From the NCBI RefSeq assembly GCF_035084215.1, contig NC_090333.1, positions 67,518,001 through 67,582,000 of the forward strand: DNA of 64,000 bases, given 5' to 3'. How positions within the stretch are numbered: the stretch's first letter is position 1; each line of letters starts with the position of its first letter. This document shows positions 36,069-50,319 of the stretch, piece by piece. The translations under genes and the position numbers were made by a program. The notes beneath the pieces were generated by a model. That model saw only the letters and a program-made list of their open reading frames with translations, searched no databases and was not told the origin of the DNA. Source of the DNA: Heptranchias perlo (Eukaryota).

Positions 36069-39000
36069 CCAACCCTTGGGTGGGTTTGAAGAGGTTCCCA
36101 AATGCAACTACGAATGTTCGGACTATTGGAACAGAATGAAATCATTGGACGTTATCATCTGAGCCATTCAAGGTCATCTTCATCATTGTACCAAGTGTGG
36201 CTCTAATGGTTTGCTGTGTACTTGTAAGGCTACTGTTATCATTTAGCAACCATCACTTTTCAAATAGCTAGATGTGTGCAGGGTTGAGAGCTGAATTTTT
36301 AAAACTCATTTAAAAATGGTGTGCATCAAATTGGAATGCTTGTGTTTTGTGCTTCAGTGGTGGGAAATGGGTTTCTGGGGTGTTCCATTGACTTCTCAAT
36401 GTTATGGGGAAGGAGGTAACAAATGGAGGCCATGCACTCTCCTAGAGTATTTCAGATGAGACGTTAAACCAAGGACTGTCTGTCCTTTCAGGTGGACGTA
36501 AAAGATCCCCTGACACTATTTGAAGAAGTGCAGGGGTGTTCTTCTGGCCAATATTTATTCCTTTGCTGAATTCTAAACTGCTCCCAATCCTCAGGCTTGC
36601 TACTTTTTCTGGCAACTTTATATGACTCCTCTTTGGATCTAATATTATCCTTAATTTCTCTTGTTAGCCATGGTTCAGCCGCTTAGTACCATTTAGTTTA
36701 TATTGCCTCTCCTCATCCTTCCAAAATGCCTCACTTCACACTTCTCTGCATTAAAATTCTCCTGTGTTTGTGCCCATTTCACCAGTCTATGTCCTCCTGA
36801 AGTTTGTTACCATCCTCCTCACTGTTTACGACATTTGAGTCTTACATCATGATTTCTGAGCCCTTTCATTGCATAAATGTCCTTCCTAATTTTTACCGGA
36901 GTGAACTGAGCACTAAAATGTACACTTTGGACCTTAGTATCATGTACTGCTGGAACATATTAAAACCTGCCTGGATTACAACAGCTATACTTTTTTCTTT
37001 GATTTCCCTGTAAATTCTGGTTAGATCCGACTGCTTACTGCACTGGGTGGAATAACCTTGTGGTCTCCTCTCAGTTTTGTTATTTAGATACTTAAATTTT
37101 CCAAGGGAGCAAATTCACCGTAACTCGTCGTCTTTTACAAAGTTTTCCAGCAACAAACTGCAGTATTTACTCCACTTATAGCGAGATTCATTGCTGTTCC
37201 CAACTTCTAGATCAATCATTAAGTGGCTTCTTTCCAAGTCACTTTCAAAGTAAATTGTAAAACATCTTTAAACTTTGGACTTAGGTCAACAATTTGGAAG
37301 GATAAGCTCTAGATAACAATGATAATTTAGCAGCCACCAAACTTAACTGCAGCTGCAGAATTGCTGCCCTGACATGGAATTGGCCTTCCCTGGTGATCTT
37401 TTTTAAAAAAAATTCATTCTCTGGATGTGGGTGTCACTAGCAAGGCGGCATTTATTTCACTGTAATTACACGGACAGTGCAGTGGGACAAGGGCTTGTAA
37501 GTTAAACTATAGGCATACTCAACATTCCTTCACTATTGGAGGAAATGAAACCAAGTACATGAATGCCTGAGTGGAAAGGAGTGTGCAAGGCCTAAGATTT
37601 ATTTTCTAGGGGGGCCTCTGCCCCAGAAAATATTGATTTTGTAACACTTTATTGATGCGTTTTCTAGTATTTTGAAGTTTACAATGAATTTGGGAAATAG
37701 CATTTTTTAATTTAAAAAGGAAGGACCAATAGCTCAATTTATTGAAAACTACTCTCTTTGCTATTTAGAAATTAATTTGCTTAATTTTTAAAAATTTCTT
37801 TCACAAAAATCACTTAATAGTAAATAGGGGGTTCAAACCTGATCTTGACAAGTGTAACCAAAATGGAGCATTTTGGTCTGAGACTATTCCATTTTTTTTT
37901 TACTCAGCATGACAGGGAAGGTTAAAAATCAATCTTTTATACACAGACAATATCCAGCCCTTTCAATGTATGTTCATCTCAGAACCCACACAAGTCATCT
38001 GTATGAGTATCAGTGGAACAATTCTATAGCTGGTTCCTATTGGAGAAAATAAAATTTTATATATTAATTGTTCAAATGGCATATGCTGTACATTTCAAAT
38101 CAACTCACAGGAGCTTTAGGCTTGTTCCACAAGCAATGTCTGTGTTTGAATACAGTGAGCACAGATCAATGAATCAAGCCATCCTGGGAGGGGGAGGGAT
38201 GCAGGGGTTACTGGTTTCGATTGAGTGCTGTGGAGAAGTGGGCGCAACCTATTAGAAGGGACAGGGTCAGTGATTGTCTGTAGTCTTCTGATGGACAGCT
38301 CTGTGGCCAGAAGTTTCTATTCTGGGTTTGTAACGATGGACTTTTGCTTGCACTGAATTTTGTAACTTGTATTTTTGTATTGCTAGAATCAGCTGTAAGG
38401 TATCTGCTGCAAGGTCCTGGAAAGTAATCAGCCCTTACTGGTGACAGAAATTATGTGGTTTTATCTTAAGCTTTGGTATGGTAGTTGTCTATTAACAATA
38501 ATGACAAGCTTTCCTGCTCAAAAGAAGAGTTGGCAGCCAAAAAACTTCAAAGCAGCTAGGTTGATACCCCTGAAAGAAGAGAGAAATATAGTGCACATTT
38601 AAGAATTGTCTACTAAGCTTTAGCTCAGTGCAGGAGTTGTGATTTTTAAAAAATGAATTGTCTAATTGAGGAGTTAGATAACAGATCGTCCACTGTAGAT
38701 ATATAACTATTATTTTTCTATTAGATTATTCATTTATGAATAATTTGCTCTTAGTATTTGTCCAATAAATGTTTAACTTTATAGAAGATCTATTGTGATC
38801 CTCTACCATGCTCAGAGACTCAAGCGGGATCTCATAGAGGTTATAGATTGTTCAGTACCTAAGAGGTTCACTGTTCGACAACCTGGACACATTATCAGGA
38901 GCTTGTTTAGATCTCACGACAAGGATAAACACACCCAAAGAGGAGGAGAGTTAGAACTCACCCATGAGAGTGAGCTAAGAAATGACACCCGGAATAATCT

Positions 39001-39524
39001 AGGGTAAAAAGGTTAAGACCGACCCAAAACTGTAACGTGCCCAGAGTTACCGAGCAAACCATTCTGACAAATTGCCCAAATTGACTCAATACCTCAAATT
39101 GACTCAATAGCCCTGTCACGGTTGGGAACACTTTGGCCATTTTTTCACAGAATGGACTTGGACACGAGTTATGTCGAGTTGTGCTTTTTTTTAAGTAAAA
39201 GTGTGCCTAAGACAGCTAATGTTGGGTTATGGATCGGTAGGCAGATGAGTGCTACGGCAATTATAAAGTGAAATGGAAAGTTGTTTCTCTGAGATCCAAA
39301 CAATGGCCAATCCGTCAGCTATATCTGGTTATTCAGAAGGATACTTCGCACCTCGTTGATGGAAACTTTTTTTGATCTCTCTGGGGACTGAGAGGCTTTT
39401 AAAAATCAAAACACAGCCACGAAGATTCAGTGGAGCAGCAAAAGGCTGCCCTGGCCAGTAGGACAGGGTACAAAGAAATTGTGCTTTTAAGTTGAGTTAG
39501 ACGACCCATTGAAGAGGGCTAGCA

Positions 39525-40355
39525 CTCATACAACACAGAAGGAGGACATTTGGCCCATCGTGCTTGTGCTGGCTCTCTGAAAGAGCTGTCAATTAGTACC
39601 ACTCCCCTGCTCTTTCCCCTTAGCCCTACAAATTTTTCGCTTTCGAGTATATATCAGCAACAACATCAACAACTTGCATTTCTATAGCGCTGTTAACGTA
39701 AAACGTCCTGAGGCACTTCATAGGAGTGATTATCAAAAAAAATTTGACACCAAGCCACATGAGATATTAGGACAGATGACCAAAAGCTTGGTCAAAGAGG
39801 TAGGTCTTAAAAAAGGAGAGGTAGAGAAACAGAGAGGTTTAGGGAGGGAATTCCAGAGCTTAGGGCCTAAGCAGCTGGAGTCATGGCCGCCAATGGTGGA
39901 GCGATTAAAATCGGGGATGCGCAAGAGGCAAGAATTGGAGGAACGCATAGATCTCTGAGGGTTGTAGGGCTGGAGGAGGTTACAGAGATAGGGAGGGGCA
40001 AGGCTATGGAGGGATTTGAAAACAAAGATGAGAATTTTAAAATCGAGGCATTCCCAGACCGGGAATTACCTTTTGAAAGTTAGTATTGAATCTGCTTCCG
40101 CCACCCTTTCAGGCAGTGCATTCCAAATCATAACTCGCTGAGTTAAAGAAAAATGTCTCCTCATCTCCCCTTGGTTTTTTTGTGAATTACCGTAAATCTG
40201 TGTCCTCTGATTACCGACCCTCCTGCCAGTGCAAACAGTTTCTCTCTATCTACTTTATCAAAACCCTTCATAATCTTGAACACCTCTATTAAATCTCCCC
40301 TTAGCTTCTCTGCTCTAAGAACAATCCCAGCTTCTCTCTTCTCTCCACATTCCTG
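39525..40355 (-). mobile_element. CR1 3' end interrupted by an L2 3' fragment (about 39658-40063)
   Basis: CR1 3' UTR at 39525-39655 resumes at 40065; the insert reads LRSSNSCLLRIPDFNRSTIGG...KLWNSLP on -. Confidence 0.85.
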
Positions 40356-40894
40356 GTACTTGTGTGTTGTGTAATTTCGTAACAGTACGTGAACAGAATT
40401 CGTGCCAGTTGTAGCAAGCGACTCTTATCAATATCATTCTTCCGTGTGTTTTATCTACTGTGGAAAAAGCAGCTTACAACTTGAACCAATCTTTGCCTCA
40501 TCAAGTGTTAACTTGGTCCGCCTTTGGAGAGATGGAAGAAGCACGTGTATAAAACACAGAAATCCAGTCCAGATAATGAGTTTCGTTGTTACCCTCTTGG
40601 GTCCTGCTGCCGTACCAGTAGATGTAGTGCAGTAAGAGACACCTTCTATAAATAAAGTAAGTGCTCAGACCGATTTAAAGGAGTGACTGACACCACTGAG
40701 TCCCAGAAGATACCTGCAGTAGTCCCGAATTTGTGACCAGCCCAACTGGCGAAGTCTCAGGAGTGAGTAAAATGTTCCAAACATACACCGTACTCAAGAA
40801 CACCTCCGAATCTGAAGCTGCCATAGGATGAAGTGCTGTCAAAACATCCCAAGTTAGTCCAGCACCCCAACCTGAAACAGTGCCCAAAACATGT

Positions 40895-42085
40895 ACTGTA
40901 TAATGCTTCCGTCCCTGTCACAAATGACATCCTATGTGACTGTGGTAAATTATCCCTCCTCAACCTGTCTGCAGATTTTGACATGGTTGACCACACCATC
41001 CTCCTCCAACACCTCTCCTCCGTCGTCCAGCTGGGTGGGACTGCGCTCACCTGGTTCCGTTATCTATCTGGAGTCCCCCATGGATCTATCCTTTGCCCCC
41101 TCCTATTTCTGATCTACATGCTGCCCCTCGGCGGCGACATCGGAAGACACGACGTCAGATTCCACATGTATGCTGACAACACCCAGTTTTACCTAATAAC
41201 CACTTCCTTCACATGAGACCCCACTGTCTCTCATTTGTGACATTGCTTGTCCAACATTTAGTACTGGATTAGCAAAAATTTCCTCCAACTAAATATTGGG
41301 AAGGCCGAAGCCATTGTCTTTGGTCCCTGCTGAAAACTCTGTTTCCTGGTCACTATCTGAGGCTGAACCAGACCGTTCGCAACCTTGAAGTCCTATTTGA
41401 CCCTGAGTTGAGCTTCCAACCACATATCCGCTCCATCACCAAGACTGCCTGCTTCCACCTCCGTAACATCGCTTGTCTCCGCCCCGCCTCAGCTCATCTG
41501 CTGCTGAAACTCTCATCCATGCCTTTGTTACCTCTAGACTGGACTATTCTAGTGCTCTCCTGGCTGGCCTCCCATCTTCCACCCTCCATAAACTTGAGCT
41601 CATCCAAAACTCTGCTGCCCGTATCCTAACTCGCATCAACTTCCGTTCTCCCATCATCCCTGTGCTCGCTGACCTACATTGGCTCCCGGTCTGGGAATGC
41701 CTCGATTTTAAAATTCTCATCCTTGTATTCAAATCCCTCCATGGCTTCGTCCCTCCCTATCTCTGTAAGACCCTCCAGCCTTACAACCCTCCGAGATCTC
41801 TGCGTTCCTCCAATTCTTGCCTCTAGCGCATCCGCGATTTTAATCACTCCACCATTGGCGGCGTGCCTTCAGCTGCCTAGGCCTTAAGCTCTGGAATTCC
41901 CTCCTTAAACCTCGCCGCCTCTTTACCTCTCTCACCTCCTTTAAGATGCTTCTTAAAACCTACCTCTTTTGACCAAGCTTTTGGTCATCTGTCTTAATAC
42001 CTCATTATGTTTGATAACGCTCCTGTGAAGTGCCTTGGGTCGTTTTACTATGTTTAAGGCACTAAATAAATGCAAGTTGTTGTAA
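40895..42085 (+). mobile_element. L2 LINE, RT to 3' end
   Basis: LLNLSADFDMVDH, SGVPHGSILCPLLF, HMYADNTQ, LIHAFVTSRLDY, LHWLPV; gcaagttgttg tail. Confidence 0.93.
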
Positions 42086-42522
42086 CAATGACAAGGCACC
42101 AAAATCTGAAATATAGTCCGTGCACAGAGGAAATGAGGCACAATGGACTGTGGGCGATTTAAAATATCCCGGAATATGTGAACATTGGGGCCCCTGTTCA
42201 AGTAGCATGAACGGAGGTCAGAAACGCTGATCACGCACTGTAAAAGTGGACAGTTGTTACCAAAGCACGAGTGTCTGGCAACCTGACAAGTAGAGCAAGT
42301 GAACTGGTGTGCCAGGCCATCCCATTAATCTATACATTTTCTGGATGTCGTGTTTTGCTATCCCAGTACTTTGAATTTGTGTAAAGAGCATTGGAGGCAA
42401 TGAGAATGCTGGTTCCTGAATGGATCTGATGCCCTTCAAAAGTCGTATGCACCCAAAAAATATCCATTGCCCTCTGTCAATTTGCAACATCCTGTGCTTC
42501 CAATGCGTCTCTGTATGAACCT

Positions 42523-44145
42523 TTTTTTTTATTTGTTCATGGGATGTGGGCATCGCTGGCAAGGCCAGCATTTATTGCCCATTTCTAATTGACCTTGAGA
42601 AGGTGGTGGTGAGCCACTTGCACCGCTGCAGTCCAAGTGGTGAAGGTTCTCCCACAGTGCTGTTAGGAAGGGAGTTCCAGGATTTTGACCCAGCGACGAT
42701 GAAGGAACGGCGATATATTTCCAAGTCAGGATGGTGTGTGACTTGGAGGGGAACGTGCAGGTCGTGTTGTTCCCATGTGCCTGCTGCCCTTGTCCTTCTA
42801 GGTGGTAGAGGTTGCGGGTTTGGGAGATGCTGTCGAAGAAGCTTTGGCGAGTTGCTGCTGTGGATCCTGTAGATGGTACACGCTGCAGGCACTGTGTGCT
42901 GGTGGTGAAGGGAGTGAATGTTTAGGGTGGTGGATGGGGTGTCAATCAAGCGGGCTGCTTTGTTCTGGATGGTGTCGAGCTTCTTGAGTGTTGTTGGAGG
43001 TGCACTTATCCTGGCAAGTGGAGAGCATTCCATCACACTCCTGACTTGTGCCTTGTAGATGGTGGAAAGGTTTGGGGGGGTCAGGAGGTGAGTCACTCGC
43101 CGCAGAATACCCAGCCTCTGACCTGCTCTTGTAGCCACAATATTTATGTGGCTGATCCAGTTAAGTTTCTGGTCAATGGTGACTCCCAGGATGTTGATGG
43201 TGGGGGATTCGGTGATGGTAAGTGGAGGTGGTTAGACTCTCTCTTGTTGGAGATGGTCATTGCCTGGCACTTGTCTGGCGCGAATGTTACTTGCCACTTA
43301 TCAGCCCAAGCCTGGATGTTGTCCAGGTCTTGCTGCATTCGGGCTTGGCTGCTTCATTATCTGAGGGGTTGCGAATGGAACTGAACACTGTGCAATCATC
43401 AGCGAACATCCCCATTTCTGACCTTAGGATGGAGGGAAGGTCATTGATGAAGCAGCTGAAGATGGTTGGGCCTAGTACATTGCCCTGAGGAACTCCTGCA
43501 GCAGTGTCCTATGGCTGAGATGATTGGCCTCCAACAACCACTACCATCTTCCTTTGTGCTAGGTATAACTCCAGCCACTGGAGAGTTTTCCCCCTGATTC
43601 CCATTGACTTCAATTTTATTAGGGCTCCTTGGTGCCACACTTGGTCAAATGCTGCCTTGATGTCAAGGGCAGTGACTCTCACCTCACCTCTGGAATTCAG
43701 CTCTTTTGTCCATGTTTGGACCAAGGTTGTAATGAGGTCTGGAGCCGAGTGGTTCTGGCGGAACCCAAACTGAGCATCGGTGAGCAGGTTATTGGTGAGT
43801 AAGTGCCGCTTGCTAGCACTGTTGACGACACCTTCCATCACTTTGCTGATGATTGAGAGTAGACTGATGGGGCGGTAATTGGCCGGATTGGATTTGTCCT
43901 GCTTTTTGTGGACAGGACATACCTGGGCAATTTTCCACATTGTCGGGTAGATGCCGGTGTTGCAGCTGTGCTGGAACAGCTTGGCTCGAGGCGCGGCTAG
44001 TTCTGGAGCACAAATCTTCAGCACTGTAGCCGGGATGTTGTCGGGGCCCAAAGCCTTTGCTGTATCCAGTGCACTCAGCCATTTCTTGATATCGTGTGGA
44101 GTGAATCGAATTGGCTTAAGGTTGGCATCTGTGATGTTGGGGATA
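42523..44145 (-). mobile_element. Jockey/CR1-group LINE (Zenon-like RT), 5'-truncated
   Basis: GPDNIP...NYRPISLLS...QFGFR...LDIKAAFDQVWH; IYKAQVRSVME; poly-A tail. Confidence 0.92.
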
Positions 44146-44849
44146 TCACTGACCCTTTTCCTCAGATAATATTGAACATCTCTTAGAGCTTTGGGTTATT
44201 TATTTTCTTGAAAACCTCAATGAGATCACTTCTAAGCCAAGCACAATATATCATTCAAATCCATGTAGAGCGGTTGGTGGAGGGGTAACAAGGTAAATAT
44301 AGTAACAGTTGTGGAAGGAGATTATAGACAAAGGAGGCCAAGTGACCCTGTATGCGTGAGCTTTCCAAGTGTGTTTGATAAGAGTGGTGTGGAAGAGGTT
44401 TGCTGTGAGGATCAAGGCCCCATAGCTTTGAGTGGCTTCCTCACCATGGCTCGATGTAATTGATGGTATTTCCCCCTGGGTCCCTGTCTTGTTATTCACA
44501 TATGAATTAATGATTTAGACATGCATTCAGAGAGACTACCAAAATTTGGTGACAGTGTACACTAAGGGGCCATGAAAAATGATGCAGAAGGCAGGTGGCC
44601 GTGGACAGATTGGAGGAGCTTGCAGATCTGTGGCAAATGCAGTTCCCAGTCAGTTGTGGTGTTGTGCAGTTAAGGGGGAAAAAGGGATGGCGAATGGAAA
44701 AGTATCTGGAACAGTTGAAGGTGCTATGGGTTTAGGCTACACGTATCTTGGTGTACAGATACAGAGCCCTTTAAAACTAGCCATTGGCGAAATGCGGCTT
44801 ATATAATTCAGTGATCTGTGTAGGGCATTGGATGTATCACACTTATGGA

Positions 44850-45400
44850 ACCATAAAAGTTTACAACACAGAAGGAAGCCATTCAGCTCACTGAGTCTGT
44901 GCCAGCTCTTTGCTAGAGCAATCCAGAACTAATCCCACTGCTAATATTTATCCAGTTTATCACTTAAAGGATGAAATGGTCTCTGCCTCAACGACACCTT
45001 GTAGCAAAGCATTCCGTGCTCCAGCAATGCTTTGTAAAGAATTTCTCCTTGCTTCTCTCTTCGTGACAATTTTAAATTAACTACTCGTTCCAGATTCCCC
45101 CAACCAAAGGAAATAGTCTTTCCCTGTTCACTCTATCAAAACCCTTCATAGTTTGAAAAGCCTCGATTAAATCTGCTCCTAGCTTTCCCAGCTGCGGTGG
45201 AAGTATTCCTAGCATCTTGAATCTTTTTTCATAACTATCGTTTCCCATTCTTGGCATCATCCTGTTGAATCTACACCGTACACTCCCTATGGCTTTAATG
45301 TCCTTTCCATAATGGAACTGCCAAAGTTCCACACAGCACTCTTAACTGTGGCCTAATCAGTGTTTTGTATAAATTCATCATTACGTCTTGAGCTCTATGC
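44850..45400 (-). mobile_element. Degenerate CR1 3' end
   Basis: DLIEAFQTMKGFDRVNRERLFPL on -. Confidence 0.8.
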
Positions 45401-47229
45401 CCCTATTTACCTCTGCGCTGCCCTGCACATAGAAAGGATATTGCTGGAATTTATAAGGTGCAACTTGCATGTCCTTGGACCATACTGGGGATCTGGGGGA
45501 GGGAGGAGGGAAGAGGGAAGGTGGAATTCAATGGAACAGAGAGGTTTTAAAGGGACTAGAAATGTTCACATTTTGGAAAAAGAGTTTCAAGGTCAAGATT
45601 GTACATGTACAATTAATGTGTGTGAGTCACTAACGGAACATAAAATTCACAACTGTTTTAGGAGTGTAAGAGGGATAGCTGGATTTTATTTTCTCACAAA
45701 AGGGTTAATAACGTGTGGAACCCATGGCCTGAAGCAGCTCGTGTGGGAGCCAGGCCAATCTGCACATTCCAGAATAGGAGAAACACTTGAAAAGAAAAAC
45801 AATATTGCAGAGATGGGAGAAGACCAGGGTTAGAGGACTGGCGTACGGAGCCCTGCTGTGCAGGGAGTTTGATGATGAGCTAAATGGGTCGACTCCTTCT
45901 GCATCCACATTTCTGTGATTGATCATAAGCTGAACCAGAAGTATCCCGGCTCTTGCAGACATTCTCAATTCGTGGTCATTCTTTTTATTTCCCCATGTGC
46001 TGTTTTTGTTTTCATTCTCCCCTTTCAATACACTACTTTGCCTCAATAGTTTCACCTCGCTTCTGGCTGCTATTGCATGACATGGTGGGCGGAGCTGCAG
46101 GTGGCAGATTTATTGTGCAACCTGTTGCAACGGTTCTCTCAAGACATAGCCTGATTGAATATAAATGGTAGCGTCTCAAGATTCTCGACACATTGTGCAA
46201 TTCATGACTCACCAGCAAAAACATATGCACAGCACAGATGGCGCAATTACGTATTATTACAGGAGTTCCGAAATATTGCCTTGTGCATGTCTTGTGGAGA
46301 GAAACAAATGGTGCTTTGGTACCGGTGCATAATGTTGTATAGTGTCAGGGCTCTATACATTGCTTCGTTCACCCCTCAGTGAGAGGCACACATCCTGTTA
46401 GTTAAATGACATGGATGACAGTGTTGCAGACTTCTAGGTAAATGCCATGTATTTTTATTTCAGAGAGGCAGCAGCCACCATCCCGATCACAATTAATACA
46501 TTATAGGGCTAACTATGCATTGCATGATCTGCAGCGTACTGACATATAAAGGCACCGATAATAGCTGCAGCATTTCCTTGTGCTGTTGTAGGAAACACTA
46601 TCCATTAAACAGAAACATCCTTGGATAATACCCTCACCAATCACTAGTTGTATTAACTCATTGGGGGAGCTTAATTTTGACAGACTTCCTACCCTGTGTA
46701 ACTTCAGAAACCCCTCAATGTCTACCCCAAAATTGACCCATTGGCCTCAGTAACTTGGTGACATTGCATACTTGCACTGCCACCAAATATAGATTATTGC
46801 ACATTTCTCATCACTGCGCTTTTCCCTGTCCTCATTCACACTTCAATTTATCTCCCCTTGGCCCGTTGTGTTGATATGTAAGTTGTTAACATCTCAAGAC
46901 CATGCTCAACCTTTGCACAGTTCCTTGATATCAACCAAATCCTTGTTTGTTGCTCCCTTACCACGGAGCAGATGGTAAAGAGGCAAGGGTTAAGTATAAT
47001 GGGTAAAATTAGGACTGAATAAAAGAGAAGGGTGCTATGGAGTGACAATTGGAGATTACGTAAGCAACCATGTCACTAAGGCATGATATATTTGGACATC
47101 CCCAAAAGTTTGCAGCACAGGGGCAGTTGGACACATTTTTGTTCGAAACAAAGTGGTGCCGCATTAAAGGGATGGCTAAAGGGTAGAAGGCAGAATGAAA
47201 CTAGGTAGGTGTTCCTGTGGTTGTAGACA

Positions 47230-49112
47230 TAGAATTATAGAAAATTTACAGCACAGAAGGAGGCCATTCGGCCCATCGTGTCCGCGCTGGCCAAAAATGA
47301 GCCACCCAGCCTAATCCCACTTTCCAGCAATTGGTCCGTAGCCTTGTAGGTTATGGCACTTCAGGTGCATATCACATTTTTAAATGTGATGAGGGTTTCT
47401 GCCTCTACCACTCTTTCAGGAATCAGTTCCAGACCCCCACCACCCTCTGCACGTTAAAGATTTTCCTCAGCTCCCTTCTACCAATCACTTTAAATCTGTG
47501 TCCCCTGGTTATTGACCTCTCTGCTAAGGGAAATAGGTCCTCCCTATCCACTCTATCTAGGCCCCTCATAATTTTGTACACCTCAATTAAATCACCCCTC
47601 AGCCTCCTCTGTTGCAAAGAAAACAACCCCAACCTGTCCAATCTTTCCTCATAGCTAAAATTCTCCAGTCCTGGCAATATCCTCATAAATCTCCTCTGTA
47701 CCCTCTCTAGTGCAATTACATCCTTCCTGTAATGTGGTGACCAAAACTGTACACAGTACTCAAGCTGTGGCCTAACTAGTGTTTTATACGGTTCTTATAT
47801 TCTGTGCCTCGGCTAATGAAGGAAAGTATTCCATATGCCTTCTTAACCACCTTATCTACCTGTCCTGCTACCTTCAGGGATCTGTGGATATGCACTCCAA
47901 GGTCCCTCACTTTTTCTACACCTCTCAGTATCCTTCCATTTATTGTGTGTTCCTTTGCCTTGTTTGCCCTCCCCAAATGCATTACCTCACACTTCTTCGG
48001 ATTGAATTCCATTTGCCACTTTTCTGCCCGCCTGACCAATCCATTGATATCTTCCTGCAGTCTACAGCTTTCCTCCTCACTATCAACCACACGGCCAATT
48101 TTTGTATCATCTGCAAACTTCAGAATCATGCCCCCCCACATTTAAGCCCAAATCATTAATTTTTTTAATTCATTCATGGGATGTGGGCGTCGCTGGCAAG
48201 GCCAGCATTTATTGCCCATCCCTAATTGCCCTTGAGGAGGTGATGGTGAGCCGCCTTCTTGAACCGCTGCAATCCGTGTGGTGACGGTTCTCCCACAGTG
48301 CTGTTAGGAAGGCAGTTCCAGGATTTTGACCCAGCGACGATGAAGGAACGGCGATATATTTCCAAGTCGGGATGGTGTGTGAGTTGGAGGGGAACGTGCG
48401 GGTGGTGGTGTTCCCATGTGCCTGCTGCCCTTGTCCTTCTAGGTGGTAGAGGTCGTGGGTTTGGGAAGTGCTGTCGAAGAAGCCTTGGTGAGTTGCTGCA
48501 GTGTATCCTGTGGATGGTACACACTGCAGCCACTGTGCGCCGGTGGTGGGGGGAGTGAATGTTTAGGGTGGTGGATGGGGTGCCAATCAAGCGGGCTGCT
48601 TTGTCCTGGATGGTGTTGAGCTTCTTGAGTGTTGTTGGAGCTGCACTCATCCAGGCAAGTGGAGAGTATTCCAACACACTCCTGACTTGTGCCTTGTAGA
48701 TGGTGGAAAGGTTTGGGGGAGTCAGGAGGAGAGTCACTCGCCACAGAATACCCAGTCTCTGACCTGCTCTTGTACCTATAGTATTTATGTTGCTGGTCCA
48801 GTTAAGTTTCTGGTCAATGGTGACCCCCAGGATGTTGATGGTGGGGGATTCGGCGATGGTAATGCCATTGAATGTCAAGGGGAGGTGGTTAGACTCTCTC
48901 TTGCTGGAGATGGTCATTGCTTGGCACTTGTCTGGTGCGAATGTTACTTGCCACTTATCAGCCCAAGCCTGGATGTTGTCCAGGTCTTGCTGCATGCGGG
49001 CCCAGACTCCTTCATTATCTGAGGGGTTGCGATATATACCAAAAAGCAAGAAACTTAATACTGAGCCCTGCGAAGCCCCACTGGAAACAGCCTTCCAGTC
49101 ACAAAAACATCC
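47230..49112 (-). mobile_element. CR1 fragment with a nested Jockey/CR1-group LINE (about 48160-49030)
   Basis: KFADDTKIG and RRLRGDLIEVYK in 47230-48160; the nested element matches 42523-43370; CR1 SGASQGSVL resumes at 49031-49112. Confidence 0.9.
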
Positions 49113-50319
49113 ATGTACCTGGTGACGCGGCCTGGGGCCCAGCATTGATCCCTCTAAGATTCTGCTTCTTCAACTGAGAAGCTTAAGGGTTGACCTGTGA
49201 GAAAGACACAACAACAGGTAGTCTTAGTTCAACTATTTTACTTGATTAGTCAACAATAAGCAAACAATACATACACTTCCTTGGTACCAGTCCAAACGAT
49301 TGATTAGTTCAGTTGAGCTCTTGTAGATCTTTGTGTGGGGATTCAACCCACCCGACTAAAGTGCAGCTGCTTAGTCTCACAAACCTTAATATCCCCTGGG
49401 TCAGTCAAATGACCAGGCTGATATCCATCTGTCCTTTACATGATGTCTTGCTATTTGTCCACCCTTGGTGTGTCATGCCGTACCGGCCGTTTCGCCCCCC
49501 TGGGTTCCTTGCAAGTACAATTTTGACCAAGTCTCAACAAGACATTCCACTCTTATCTCAAGGTCCAGCACATACTCATGGATTCAGTGTTGGCAAACTC
49601 AATCAATGGCATTGATTAAATGTAAGAGACATAATCAAAGACACTTTGGAGTGCCATAGCTTTCTGATTGAAGAGTCTATGAATTGAATAGGTCTTTGTG
49701 CTTCCTAGGCACTTATCACAAAGAGGAGTATGAGATAGAATCATATGCTAAAGCCTTCAAGGGCAAGCTTTTCTCTTTGTTAGCTACACTAACAAGCGAT
49801 CCACAAGGTTTACTAGGTAGTTTTTTGTCAGGTAAACCATACATTTAAATTGAGTCCACACCCTTATTACAAATACATGATTGTATACGGTTTCTTCACT
49901 CACTGCACCTTCAGAAAAGAGTGCAAATTATACATACAATCCTCCGGTCCACCCTTAAGTGGATATGTTAAGTCGTTACACACAAACACTTTGAATACGA
50001 TATGTGACAGGCAGGTTAACTGTCATAGAAAAGTATATATAACTTTTATACAATGTTAGTCTTGGTGTTTTGTACATTGCAGTAGCATTGAACACCTGCA
50101 CTCCATGCTAAAGCCCTTGGTCTTACAGTGCAGTGTCCACTCATCCTCGAATAAGGGCTGCAAGCTCATATCGATTTACTCTCCAGTGGAGCGATCTCAG
50201 TACACATATACAGTTTCTTCACTCACTGCACCTCCAGAAAACGGTACAAGTTATGCATACAATCCTTCACCTGTCTTGTCATCCATTTGCAACAATGTCT
50301 ACTTTTTGCTGCGACAAAC

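Larger units (their letters stand above)
35482..36141. repeat. 126-bp inverted duplication (35482-35607 / 36016-36141)
   Basis: Arms are reverse complements with one mismatch. Confidence 0.95.

Noticed and set aside
38401-38427. YLLQGPGK resembling the FMO last-exon motif YRxQGPGKW
   Set aside because: Only 8 codons followed by a stop, with no flanking similarity or clear exon; likely chance.
40380-40890. Coding-looking unassigned sequence (also 7000-7650 and 45860-46650)
   Set aside because: No recognisable protein family in the frames I read; needs BLASTX.
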